24,974 bases of DNA, from the IMG/VR virus record IMGVR_UViG_2778261162_000009; one strand, 5' to 3'. Every line of letters starts with the position of its first letter. Within the stretch, counting starts at the first letter, position 1. Positions 6,294-13,829 of this stretch are shown here, one piece after another. The position numbers were made by a program, and so were the translations under genes. A model generated the notes under the pieces. It was given only the letters and a program-made list of their open reading frames with translations. It was not told the DNA's origin and did no database searches. The DNA is from a virus. Lineage: Duplodnaviria > Heunggongvirae > Uroviricota > Caudoviricetes.

Positions 6294-9130
6294 GTGAGTT
6301 TGCATGGAGCTGGAATGAACCACGGCCAGCCATTGATCCGGCCAGATTTACGGAGCACAGGCAGGAAACTGAAACCGACCTGCAACGCGCCATCCGTTAC
6401 TACCTTGAGGCAGACAAAAAGGCTCTGGAAGAACAGGAAGCGAAGGAGGAAGCCTTTTTCGCACAATCCACCGTGGGTAAAAAACTCATGGCATCCCTTG
6501 AGGAAGCCGGACAGCGTGAAAAGCTGGCACAAAGCATCATCAGCAATCGTCAGGCAACAGAACAAGACCCGGTGGCCCGTGCTTTTGCCACACTGAAGGT
6601 GCTTCCCGTTTATCTGCGTGAACCTCTGAGCCACCACCTCTCTTTCCTGCGCAAAAAACAGGAAGCCGATCGCCAGAAAGGCAAAAAGAGCTGGCAGGCT
6701 GAACGCTACGCGCGCGGAACCCTGCGCAAAATATTCGAACGTCTGGACCGCACCGATCACCGCTGGCTGACACCGGGTTATCGCTCCCTTGCCGGACGCG
6801 AACGCCTGGACGATTTGCTTTACCTGCCGCAGCTCAACAAACACCAGATACAGACGCTGGCCACCATGACGGCGGCGATGTTCAGCAGCACCTTCGAAAA
6901 ACTCTGCGATGGCTTTGGCGCGACTGATGGCGAACTGACCATGGATGTAACGCTGAAGGCGTATCAGATGCTGGCCCGCATGGCGTTACACCTGCACGCC
7001 ATGCCTCCACATTATGACGCACTGACAACAGACAAAGACCGGAGGAACGAACCGGACACGGAGCTGCTGCCGGGCGCAATCCTTCGCCTGACCTGTGCGG
7101 AATGGTGGAAACGCAAACTGTGGCTGTTACGTTGCGAGTGGAGAGAAGAACAACTCCGCGCCGCCTGTCTGGTTTCCAGAAAAACATCACCCTATCTGAG
7201 CCAGGACGCGTTAAGCGAGTTTCGCGCACAGCGCGAGAAAACACGCGATTTCCTGAAAAGTTTCATGCTGGAAAATGAAGACGGGTTCACGATTGATCTC
7301 GAGACGGTGTATTACGCGGGAGTAAGTAACCCGGTTCACCGTAAGGCAGAAATGATGGCCACCATGAAGGGACTGGAACTTCTGGCCGAAGCCCGTGGCG
7401 ACAGAGCGGTGTTTCTGACTGTCACCTGCCCGTCAAAATACCACGCAACAACGGAGAACGGTCATCCGAACCCCAAATGGAACGGGGCCACCATGCGCGA
7501 CTCCAGCGATTACCTGGTTAACACGTTTTTTGCGGCGGTCCGCAAAAAACTGAACCGCGACGGTCTGCGCTGGTATGGCATCCGCACGGTGGAGCCTCAC
7601 CATGACGGCACTGTGCACTGGCACATGATGGTCTTTGCACATCCGGACGAGATTGAAACCATCGTGTCCCACGTCTGCGATATTGCCATTCAGGAAGACC
7701 GCCACGAGCTGGGCGATGACATAACTCCGCGTTTTAAGGCGGAGTACGTAGACGGCTCAAAAGGCACACCAACCAGCTACATCGCCACCTACATCGGAAA
7801 GAACCTGGACAGCCGCGCCGTGGATGGCATCGACCCGAAAACGGGCAAGCCACGCGTTGACCACGAAACCGGAAAATCAATGGCCGAGAGCGTGGAACGC
7901 GCCATCGGCTGGGCGCGCCTTCACCGGGTCCGCCAGTTCCAGTTCTTTGGTATCCCCTCCCGTCAGGTGTGGCGTGAACTGCGTCGCCTTGCCAGCCAGA
8001 TGGCACGCAACCCGGAAGGCCCGCAACGGCTGAAGGATGACGCAATGGACGCGGTACTCGCTGCCGCTGATGCCGGATGTTTTGCCACCTACATTGAGAA
8101 ACAGGGTGGCGTACTTGTTCCACGCAAGGACTACCTGATTCGCACCGCCTACGACCTCGCAGATGAGCTGAACGATTACGGCGAACAGAGCGTACAGATT
8201 TACGGGATCTGGTCACCACTCATCGGGGAGTCTTCCCGTGTGTGCACACATCCGGATAACTGGAAGCTGGTAAGACGTAAACCGGAAGCGGAAGACAGCG
8301 CCCGCGAAAATGGTTTTGACCTTCAGGGCGGCCCTGCCGCCCCTTGGACTCGTGGCAATAACTGTCCCCGTGTACAGGAAACGGACAACAACGGGACAGA
8401 ACAGCCGGAAGAACGGCCAGCACCGTGGCCGCAGCTTCCTGACGGCGTTGATGTGGATGAATGGATGCGCTCACTGAAACGGCACGAACGCCGGGCGCTG
8501 ATGCGTTCGCTTCGTGACAAACAGGCAAAAAACAGCAGTGATGAAATGCAGAGCTGGACACAGAGCCGCAAACAGCAGCGGCCTTTGCCTGATAACTACG
8601 AATTACTCGCTAAAGAATGGCGGGAATCTGCCGAATCTCTCGGCCTGCATATCGGTGAACAGCAGATGCAGCACCTGTTACGGGGCGGCAGCCTGTACGT
8701 TGACGGCAGCATCATTGCACCGCAGGGATTTGAAATTGTACGCAAACCGGATACCCGCCCGGACAGCCGAATCACGCAGCTCTGGCAGCGCCTGAGCCGT
8801 AATCACGGCGTAAGCAGCACAGAGATCCGCCATAACCCGGTCGCCAGCTATCTGGAACAACTGGGGGCATCAGACCCCGAAGCCGCCGCACGTCTGGCAT
8901 CCACACTTCAGCAGGACCAGAACACCATGAAAACCCCCGTTACCGTGCTTTCTGACATGCTGCGCGCCATCCGTGACGCAGAGCACGCACAGAGAATCAG
9001 TGAAACCACTGAACGCGCCCACCGCAAAGCAGACCTGCTGCGGGGTAGCCTGACCAGTGGAAACAAAAAACAGACAGAAACGGGACTCACAAATCCCGTA
9101 AATGAGCAAAAAACGCGCCGCGATATATGA
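6290..9130 (+). CDS. A: Replication initiation protein, P2 gpA-like rolling-circle endonuclease, about 946 aa
   Basis: Motif VEPHHDGTVHWHMMVF (HxH metal-binding motif of gpA family) and YIATYIGKN (catalytic Tyr region); start ATG 6290 overlaps upstream stop. Confidence 0.88.
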   Translation: MSEFAWSWNEPRPAIDPARFTEHRQETETDLQRAIRYYLEADKKALEEQEAKEEAFFAQSTVGKKLMASLEEAGQREKLAQSIISNRQATEQDPVARAFATLKVLPVYLREPLSHHLSFLRKKQEADRQKGKKSWQAERYARGTLRKIFERLDRTDHRWLTPGYRSLAGRERLDDLLYLPQLNKHQIQTLATMTAAMFSSTFEKLCDGFGATDGELTMDVTLKAYQMLARMALHLHAMPPHYDALTTDKDRRNEPDTELLPGAILRLTCAEWWKRKLWLLRCEWREEQLRAACLVSRKTSPYLSQDALSEFRAQREKTRDFLKSFMLENEDGFTIDLETVYYAGVSNPVHRKAEMMATMKGLELLAEARGDRAVFLTVTCPSKYHATTENGHPNPKWNGATMRDSSDYLVNTFFAAVRKKLNRDGLRWYGIRTVEPHHDGTVHWHMMVFAHPDEIETIVSHVCDIAIQEDRHELGDDITPRFKAEYVDGSKGTPTSYIATYIGKNLDSRAVDGIDPKTGKPRVDHETGKSMAESVERAIGWARLHRVRQFQFFGIPSRQVWRELRRLASQMARNPEGPQRLKDDAMDAVLAAADAGCFATYIEKQGGVLVPRKDYLIRTAYDLADELNDYGEQSVQIYGIWSPLIGESSRVCTHPDNWKLVRRKPEAEDSARENGFDLQGGPAAPWTRGNNCPRVQETDNNGTEQPEERPAPWPQLPDGVDVDEWMRSLKRHERRALMRSLRDKQAKNSSDEMQSWTQSRKQQRPLPDNYELLAKEWRESAESLGLHIGEQQMQHLLRGGSLYVDGSIIAPQGFEIVRKPDTRPDSRITQLWQRLSRNHGVSSTEIRHNPVASYLEQLGASDPEAAARLASTLQQDQNTMKTPVTVLSDMLRAIRDAEHAQRISETTERAHRKADLLRGSLTSGNKKQTETGLTNPVNEQKTRRDI

Positions 9131-9175
9131 AGCGCGCACAAAACAGGCAAAAGCGGGATTTAAAAATCCTGTAAC
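9080..9175. promoter_or_regulatory. Two related palindromic sites (ACGGGActcacaaaTCCCGT at 9080-9099; GGATTTaaAAATCC at 9156-9169) upstream of parM-like gene; candidate ParR operator/centromere
   Basis: Direct repeat of about 20 bp, each copy internally palindromic, sharing AAATCC(C/T)GTAA; second copy about 35 bp upstream of parM start. Confidence 0.35.
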
Positions 9176-9206
9176 CGATTAATTAATCAACATAAGGAAA
9201 AGCGAC

Positions 9207-10166
9207 ATGAAAATTTGTATCGACGACGGCTCCACCAACATCAAGCTGGCATGGACTGAGAACGGCAAACGCCGCAACGCCATCAGCCCGAACAGCTTCA
9301 AGTCGGAATGGTCTGCGCCGTTCGGTGGCACGCAGCCCGCGAACTACATGCTTGATGGCGTGCGCTATGGCTTTGATCCGGTCAGCGATCGCTTTGTCCA
9401 GACGACCGACACGCAATACCAGTACAGCGATGTGAATGTCATTGCCATTCATCACGCGCTGGTCAAATCAGGCATCACGCCACAGGAGGTGGATGTGGTT
9501 GTCACCCTGCCACTGAGCGAGTATTTCGACACAAACGCACAGCCGGACATGGCCAACATCAGCCGCAAAAAAGCGAACGTTATGCGCCCGGTGGAGTACC
9601 AGAACGGCGAAGCATTCACTATCCGTAACGTACGGGTTATGCCTGAATCCATTCCGGCTGGCTTTAAGGCACTGGCTGACATGAGTCCGTTTGAATCCCT
9701 GCTGATTGTGGATTTGGGCGGAACCACGCTGGATGTGGCAAAGGTTCAGGGGCAACTGGCAGGTATTAGCCAGGTGTTTTGCGATCCACACGTAGGCGTT
9801 TCTCTGATGGCCGATGCCGTACTGTCGGTGATGGCCACTAACGGTATGCGTACCAGTCACCACATCGCCAATACCATTATCGAACATCGCCATGATGAAG
9901 CCTGGCTGCGCCAGCACATCCACAATGACGCGCATTACGCCAGCCTGATGGCGGTTATTCGTGAAAAGGAAGAAACACTGAAACAACGCGTGATCCGCGC
10001 GCTGGCGGTTTTTTCGGGTTACGGGCGGGTGATGGTTGTCGGTGGCGGGGCGGAGATTGTGGCACCCGCTATCCGCGAAGCCTGCGGAGTTAATGCGACT
10101 TTCATCGCGGACGGGGTGCCACAGTTTGCTCTGGTTAATGGGCTGTACGCAATGGACAAGGAGTAA
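9207..10166 (+). CDS. parM: ParM/StbA-like actin-type ATPase, 319 aa
   Basis: Strong resemblance to plasmid R1 ParM from memory: MKICIDDGSTNIKLAW, SPNSF, YSDVNV…HHAL, VMPESIPAG, DLGGTTLD, VGGGAE, LVNG. Confidence 0.85.
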   Translation: MKICIDDGSTNIKLAWTENGKRRNAISPNSFKSEWSAPFGGTQPANYMLDGVRYGFDPVSDRFVQTTDTQYQYSDVNVIAIHHALVKSGITPQEVDVVVTLPLSEYFDTNAQPDMANISRKKANVMRPVEYQNGEAFTIRNVRVMPESIPAGFKALADMSPFESLLIVDLGGTTLDVAKVQGQLAGISQVFCDPHVGVSLMADAVLSVMATNGMRTSHHIANTIIEHRHDEAWLRQHIHNDAHYASLMAVIREKEETLKQRVIRALAVFSGYGRVMVVGGGAEIVAPAIREACGVNATFIADGVPQFALVNGLYAMDKE

Positions 10167-10170
10167 ACCA

Positions 10171-10485
10171 ATGACGACACCAACCAGACGGATAAGTTTC
10201 TATCTGAAGCCAGCTGCAGTCAAGAGTGAACGGGAAGCGTGTAATTATCTCGACAGCCTGCCAGCCTCCGAACGCAGCCGCGCGCAACGCGCGGCATTTC
10301 TGGCTGGACTGGCACTCATTAAAAACGATCCTGCCTTTGCTTACTGGCTGGCTGAATGGTCAGAGGGGGAAAATATGCCTGCCAACAATCACATATGGGG
10401 CTGGCATAACAGCGAGCCTGCTGGTTGCAAAAATCAGAATATAAGTCAAATAAAAAAGAATATTCAGGAATTTTTTCCTGAATGA
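10171..10485 (+). CDS. parR: ParR/StbB-like partition adaptor, about 104 aa
   Basis: RRISFYLKP…LDSLPASERSRAQRAAFLAGLAL matches ParR N-terminal RHH region; AGGAG SD; directly downstream of parM. Confidence 0.65.
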   Translation: MTTPTRRISFYLKPAAVKSEREACNYLDSLPASERSRAQRAAFLAGLALIKNDPAFAYWLAEWSEGENMPANNHIWGWHNSEPAGCKNQNISQIKKNIQEFFPE

Positions 10486-10490
10486 TCACA

Positions 10491-10516
10491 AAAAGCATGG
10501 CTTTCGCCATGCTTTT
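10491..10516. terminator. Bidirectional intrinsic terminator (AAAAGCATGGC-tttc-GCCATGCTTTT)
   Basis: Perfect hairpin flanked by A-run and T-run. Confidence 0.6.
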
Positions 10517-10528
10517 AAATATCAAATA

Positions 10529-10678
10529 TCAGCTTCGCACTAGAAACGCCCAAGCTTTCCAGCCATACTCATGAGCATCCAGCTTTCGACCAGAATCACC
10601 ACGAACCTTACGGTATCGGCAAAACTGCCAACGAAATCCTTTCGGAGCCGGTTTTTTTACAATTGATTTCAAAGCCAT
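10529..10678 (-). CDS. Unannotated small ORF, 49 aa, basic (MALKSIVKKPAPKGFRWQFCRYRKVRGDSGRKLDAHEYGWKAWAFLVRS)
   Basis: Consensus SD AAGGAGGTGA upstream; lies between two terminators; below ORF-track cutoff. Confidence 0.3.
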   Translation of the reverse strand: MALKSIVKKPAPKGFRWQFCRYRKVRGDSGRKLDAHEYGWKAWAFLVRS

Positions 10679-10807
10679 CCATAATCACCTCCTTACTGAG
10701 AATGATTTTTACCTTGATTATCTGCCTGGATTGACTAGAATCACAGTTGTACATGCAAAACATCAAGGTGATGATATTTCTCAGACTATCATTTCTTTGT
10801 GTTGAAA

Positions 10808-10837
10808 AGCCCCTGACGGTTGGCCCCGTCAGGGGCT
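10808..10837. terminator. Intrinsic terminator after the antitoxin gene (AGCCCCTGACGG…CCGTCAGGGGCT)
   Basis: 12-bp perfect stem; U-rich tract follows on minus strand. Confidence 0.6.
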
Positions 10838-10843
10838 TAATAT

Positions 10844-11161
10844 TTATGCAACCTGACAGGAATGTTCTGCCGTCGCAGTAACAACCCCACCGGAATACCC
10901 AAACTTAAAATCCCACCCCAGGATGTTTAGCATGATAAACAGTCGATCAATGGTATGATTATCTAACTTACCATTAATGATTTCGCTTACTCTTGGTTGG
11001 GTAGTTTCCAGCAATTCAGCAGCTTCTCGCTGGGTAAGACCGCGCTCCTGAATCATTTTTCGGATAATAACCATTAATTGGGCCCGGATGTGTTTATCAC
11101 TAGCTTCATTTACAGAGCTACTTGATGACGCATAAGGGTTTTTGACTACGACGAATTCCAT
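10844..11161 (-). CDS. HigA-like XRE-HTH antitoxin, 105 aa
   Basis: HTH pattern GLTQREAAELLETTQPRVSEIINGKL; downstream of Gp49-family toxin gene. Confidence 0.7.
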   Translation of the reverse strand: MEFVVVKNPYASSSSSVNEASDKHIRAQLMVIIRKMIQERGLTQREAAELLETTQPRVSEIINGKLDNHTIDRLFIMLNILGWDFKFGYSGGVVTATAEHSCQVA

Positions 11162-11231
11162 AACTCTCCAGCCTTAATCAGCGATGTTGCTGACATTGAT
11201 TATGTTATATCAGATTTGAGATACCTGCAAG

Positions 11232-11633
11232 CTATCTTAAGCCATTTTTACGACGATACTCCACTAATTGTTTGTATCTTGCGGCAGCTGTCTCATATTC
11301 TTTTTTTGACACACCATTTGTCTTTTTCTTAAATGTATGAAGTATGTAAACAGACTCCGCAAATTTCGCAACGTAAATCATACGATAAGAATCACTACTC
11401 TTGATGGTTAATTGCATTGCGTAGCGACCAATCGTTTCCCGCATTGATTTTTTTTGAGCAGGTGGAACCCCCAAGGCATCATCACCATCCACTGGAAAAT
11501 CGAAACTGTCGAAAGAATGAGGACAATCGCTCTGCAGTGCAACAAGCTCAAAATTTATCCTTTCTCGAACAGCTTCAGGATAACTATCAATTTGTTTCTG
11601 AATTTTATCATTCCAATATGTGATGTCTTTCAC
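11232..11633 (-). CDS. HigB/RelE-superfamily toxin of the Gp49-like family, 133 aa
   Basis: C-terminal signature RMIYVAKFAESVYILHTFKKKTNGVSKKEYETAAARYKQL; GTG start with GAGAGG SD; toxin-first order typical of HigBA. Confidence 0.65.
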   Translation of the reverse strand: MKDITYWNDKIQKQIDSYPEAVRERINFELVALQSDCPHSFDSFDFPVDGDDALGVPPAQKKSMRETIGRYAMQLTIKSSDSYRMIYVAKFAESVYILHTFKKKTNGVSKKEYETAAARYKQLVEYRRKNGLR

Positions 11634-12243
11634 TCAGAACCTCTCACCAACGTAACCGAACGAAATTATACAAAGATCTTTTTTCGCTTAAATACATCCA
11701 CTGAACGTTGATTTTAATGCAAGATTGTGCACAAATTTGCACAATTTTTTTGAACGACTTTTTGCCCTTCCGGCCCGCGTGGCGGCTGGATCCGCCAAGG
11801 ATCCGTGCGTGCACAAAAAAACGCGTTTTTTCTGCGCGCAGGTGACGGGGGAACAGCCCGCGTTTCAGGGGGTAAATAGCATCCCCTGAACGATGTCGCA
11901 GCGACACGACAGAATGGCTGTATTTCTCACGCTGAGCGTGAAAAAGACGTGAGGGTTTTTGATTTGATGGGGTGGCAGATAAGGCCGTCAAAATCGCACT
12001 GAGGCGGCGAGAACATGCAGTCAGCGCGATGGGATTGCGTAAGAGCCTGACCGTCGATGATGGCAATAAGCTGGAAGGCGTCGTGAAATTATCTGATTGA
12101 TACAGGAGCTGGAGAGTCGGGGCATAAATTTTTTATGCCCCGGCGAAGCAGCAGACAAGCGAAGCGCGTCAGTGATACGGCACCTTGCCGACCATACTTC
12201 ATAAGTGCAAAATACGAGCAAAGAAATCAATGGAGGCTGTCTT

Positions 12244-12768
12244 ATGGTCATTAATTACAAGCAGTTAAGAGAAAAACGGGAGCAGGTAAAGGAGAGCTTT
12301 CGCCGCAATGAAGATCTGACCCCGCTTGTACGCCTTGCCCAGGGCATTGTTGATGCTTATGAAATCTCGCTGGAGCTGCCATCACAGACCTGGACAGATA
12401 GCGATGGTAATCGCCAGCATTACGTTTCATGCGGACTGGAAGCAGCCGAAGGATTTCGCAGAATGCCTTTATCCCAGATCCCTGCCGCTACCCCCAAAGC
12501 ACGGGGCAGCAATGATGAGCGAAAACTGACTTTTAGTATTGAAACGGTGGTTGACGACACACCTGGCGAAGTCGCGTTCGTGCACACTCCTGTTTCGATC
12601 GCAATGTATAACGATGAAATACAGGTTCGCGTTAATAATAATATCGTGCCACTTAAAGAAGGTAATTCACCCTACACCACCGTTTGTGAAGCCATTCAAT
12701 ATTACGTTCTCTCTGAAATTGATAATCTCAAGCCTGACGGCACCCAGAAAATGGTTCAACTCTGGTAA
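12244..12768 (+). CDS. Orphan hypothetical protein, 174 aa (cargo gene between cos region and portal gene)
   Basis: ATG 12244 with GGAGG 7 nt upstream; convergent with Q; no recognisable domain. Confidence 0.6.
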   Translation: MVINYKQLREKREQVKESFRRNEDLTPLVRLAQGIVDAYEISLELPSQTWTDSDGNRQHYVSCGLEAAEGFRRMPLSQIPAATPKARGSNDERKLTFSIETVVDDTPGEVAFVHTPVSIAMYNDEIQVRVNNNIVPLKEGNSPYTTVCEAIQYYVLSEIDNLKPDGTQKMVQLW

Positions 12769-12773
12769 AAAGG

Positions 12774-12800
12774 ACAGCCCCATCACGGGGCTGTTTTTTC
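12774..12800 (+). terminator. Intrinsic terminator (ACAGCCCC-atcac-GGGGCTGT then TTTTTT), overlapping Q stop
   Basis: 8-bp stem and T6 tract seen directly. Confidence 0.6.
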
Positions 12801-13829
12801 ATCAAGAAGAGCATAAGAGTTAAAACGGATCACCTCTTCGCCAAGCCAGTCATTGATGTGCTTCATGGCCTCCATAACGGGCATCAGCTCGTTAATTGCG
12901 TAAACCCGCGCGGCCTTCTCCACATCACCAAACGCACTTTTTTCACCCGGCATCGCCCCCATCAGTTGCGGCGGAACGCGGTGCGCAGCCAGCACATCAT
13001 CACGGGATGCCGCCTTAACATTCATGAACTCATCCTTTGCAGTGATCTGCTGGAACGGCAAAATTTGCACACCTTCTTTGCCCCCGTTGGGCGCATGAAT
13101 GAGCACATTCTTAAACGCACCACCACCACGTGCACCCTGTAGCGTTTCTTTCAGGGAGTCCATGCTTTCGCGGTTTACCTGCGCTGCACCGATGTAGATG
13201 ATGCACCCGGCGTGGGATCCGTTGTCGTAATACAGTTTTCTGAACATGTCCGCCGAATGAGACAGGCTGGCCGAGAGTAATGCGCCGAGATATTCCGGCA
13301 TGCCGTAGATTTCCTGGTTAATATCCGGATTCATCAGGTGGCACACTTTGCCAGGGCGAAACTGGAACGCGTCCTTGCCATCCTGCACATACCACCATGA
13401 TTCAAGATCGCTTCCGCGTCGCATGTATTTCGCCAGGGCGTGCCGTAATTTAAGCGGTTCACCGAGCATATTGCTTCGAAGCTCAAGGAATGCGTTACCG
13501 AACACAAACCAGTCCAGCGCCAGCGCCGAGAAATCCTGCCGGGAAAGCAGCGGGTGCGGAATATAGCAACCGAGCAATACATTGCGCTTAAAGTAAAGCG
13601 CAGACTGATGCCAGGACGTTTGCCGGGCAGCTCTTGCCAGACCGTACCAGTCCACCGGGGTTTCATACCACCGCCCGTTATCAGCACAGTACATATTATC
13701 CAGCAGGTCATGCCCGGTCAGGCGATAAGGACCATCAAATGTGAATGCACTGAGCGACGATTCTTTCCTGAGCGCATCAGCGAGATCAATGCGTGAACTC
13801 ATGCGCACTTTTTTATTTTTTCTGCTCAT
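12783..13829 (-). CDS. Q: Portal protein, P2 gpQ-like, 348 aa
   Basis: Size and sequence resemblance to P2 gpQ; ATGA overlap with terminase gene; conserved synteny. Confidence 0.88.
   Translation of the reverse strand: MSRKNKKVRMSSRIDLADALRKESSLSAFTFDGPYRLTGHDLLDNMYCADNGRWYETPVDWYGLARAARQTSWHQSALYFKRNVLLGCYIPHPLLSRQDFSALALDWFVFGNAFLELRSNMLGEPLKLRHALAKYMRRGSDLESWWYVQDGKDAFQFRPGKVCHLMNPDINQEIYGMPEYLGALLSASLSHSADMFRKLYYDNGSHAGCIIYIGAAQVNRESMDSLKETLQGARGGGAFKNVLIHAPNGGKEGVQILPFQQITAKDEFMNVKAASRDDVLAAHRVPPQLMGAMPGEKSAFGDVEKAARVYAINELMPVMEAMKHINDWLGEEVIRFNSYALLDEKTAP

Noticed and set aside
6143-6844. 233-aa minus-strand ORF
   Set aside because: Lies entirely antisense within the gpA replication gene; no RBS; shadow ORF.
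7734-8561. Arg/Cys-rich minus-strand ORFs (161 aa and 113 aa)
   Set aside because: Antisense to gpA with junk-like composition.
9468-9986. 172-aa minus-strand ORF
   Set aside because: Antisense to the well-supported parM-like gene.
11700-12200. Exact P2 or 186 19-nt cohesive-end sequence
   Set aside because: Only a partial 9-nt match (GCGTGGCGG at about 11778-11786) to the 186 sequence as I remember it; not enough to call a cos feature with coordinates.
11644-12251. Minus-strand ORFs of 140 aa and 76 aa in the cos region
   Set aside because: Arg/Ser-rich junk composition, no RBS; region is dense in palindromes and is more plausibly non-coding.
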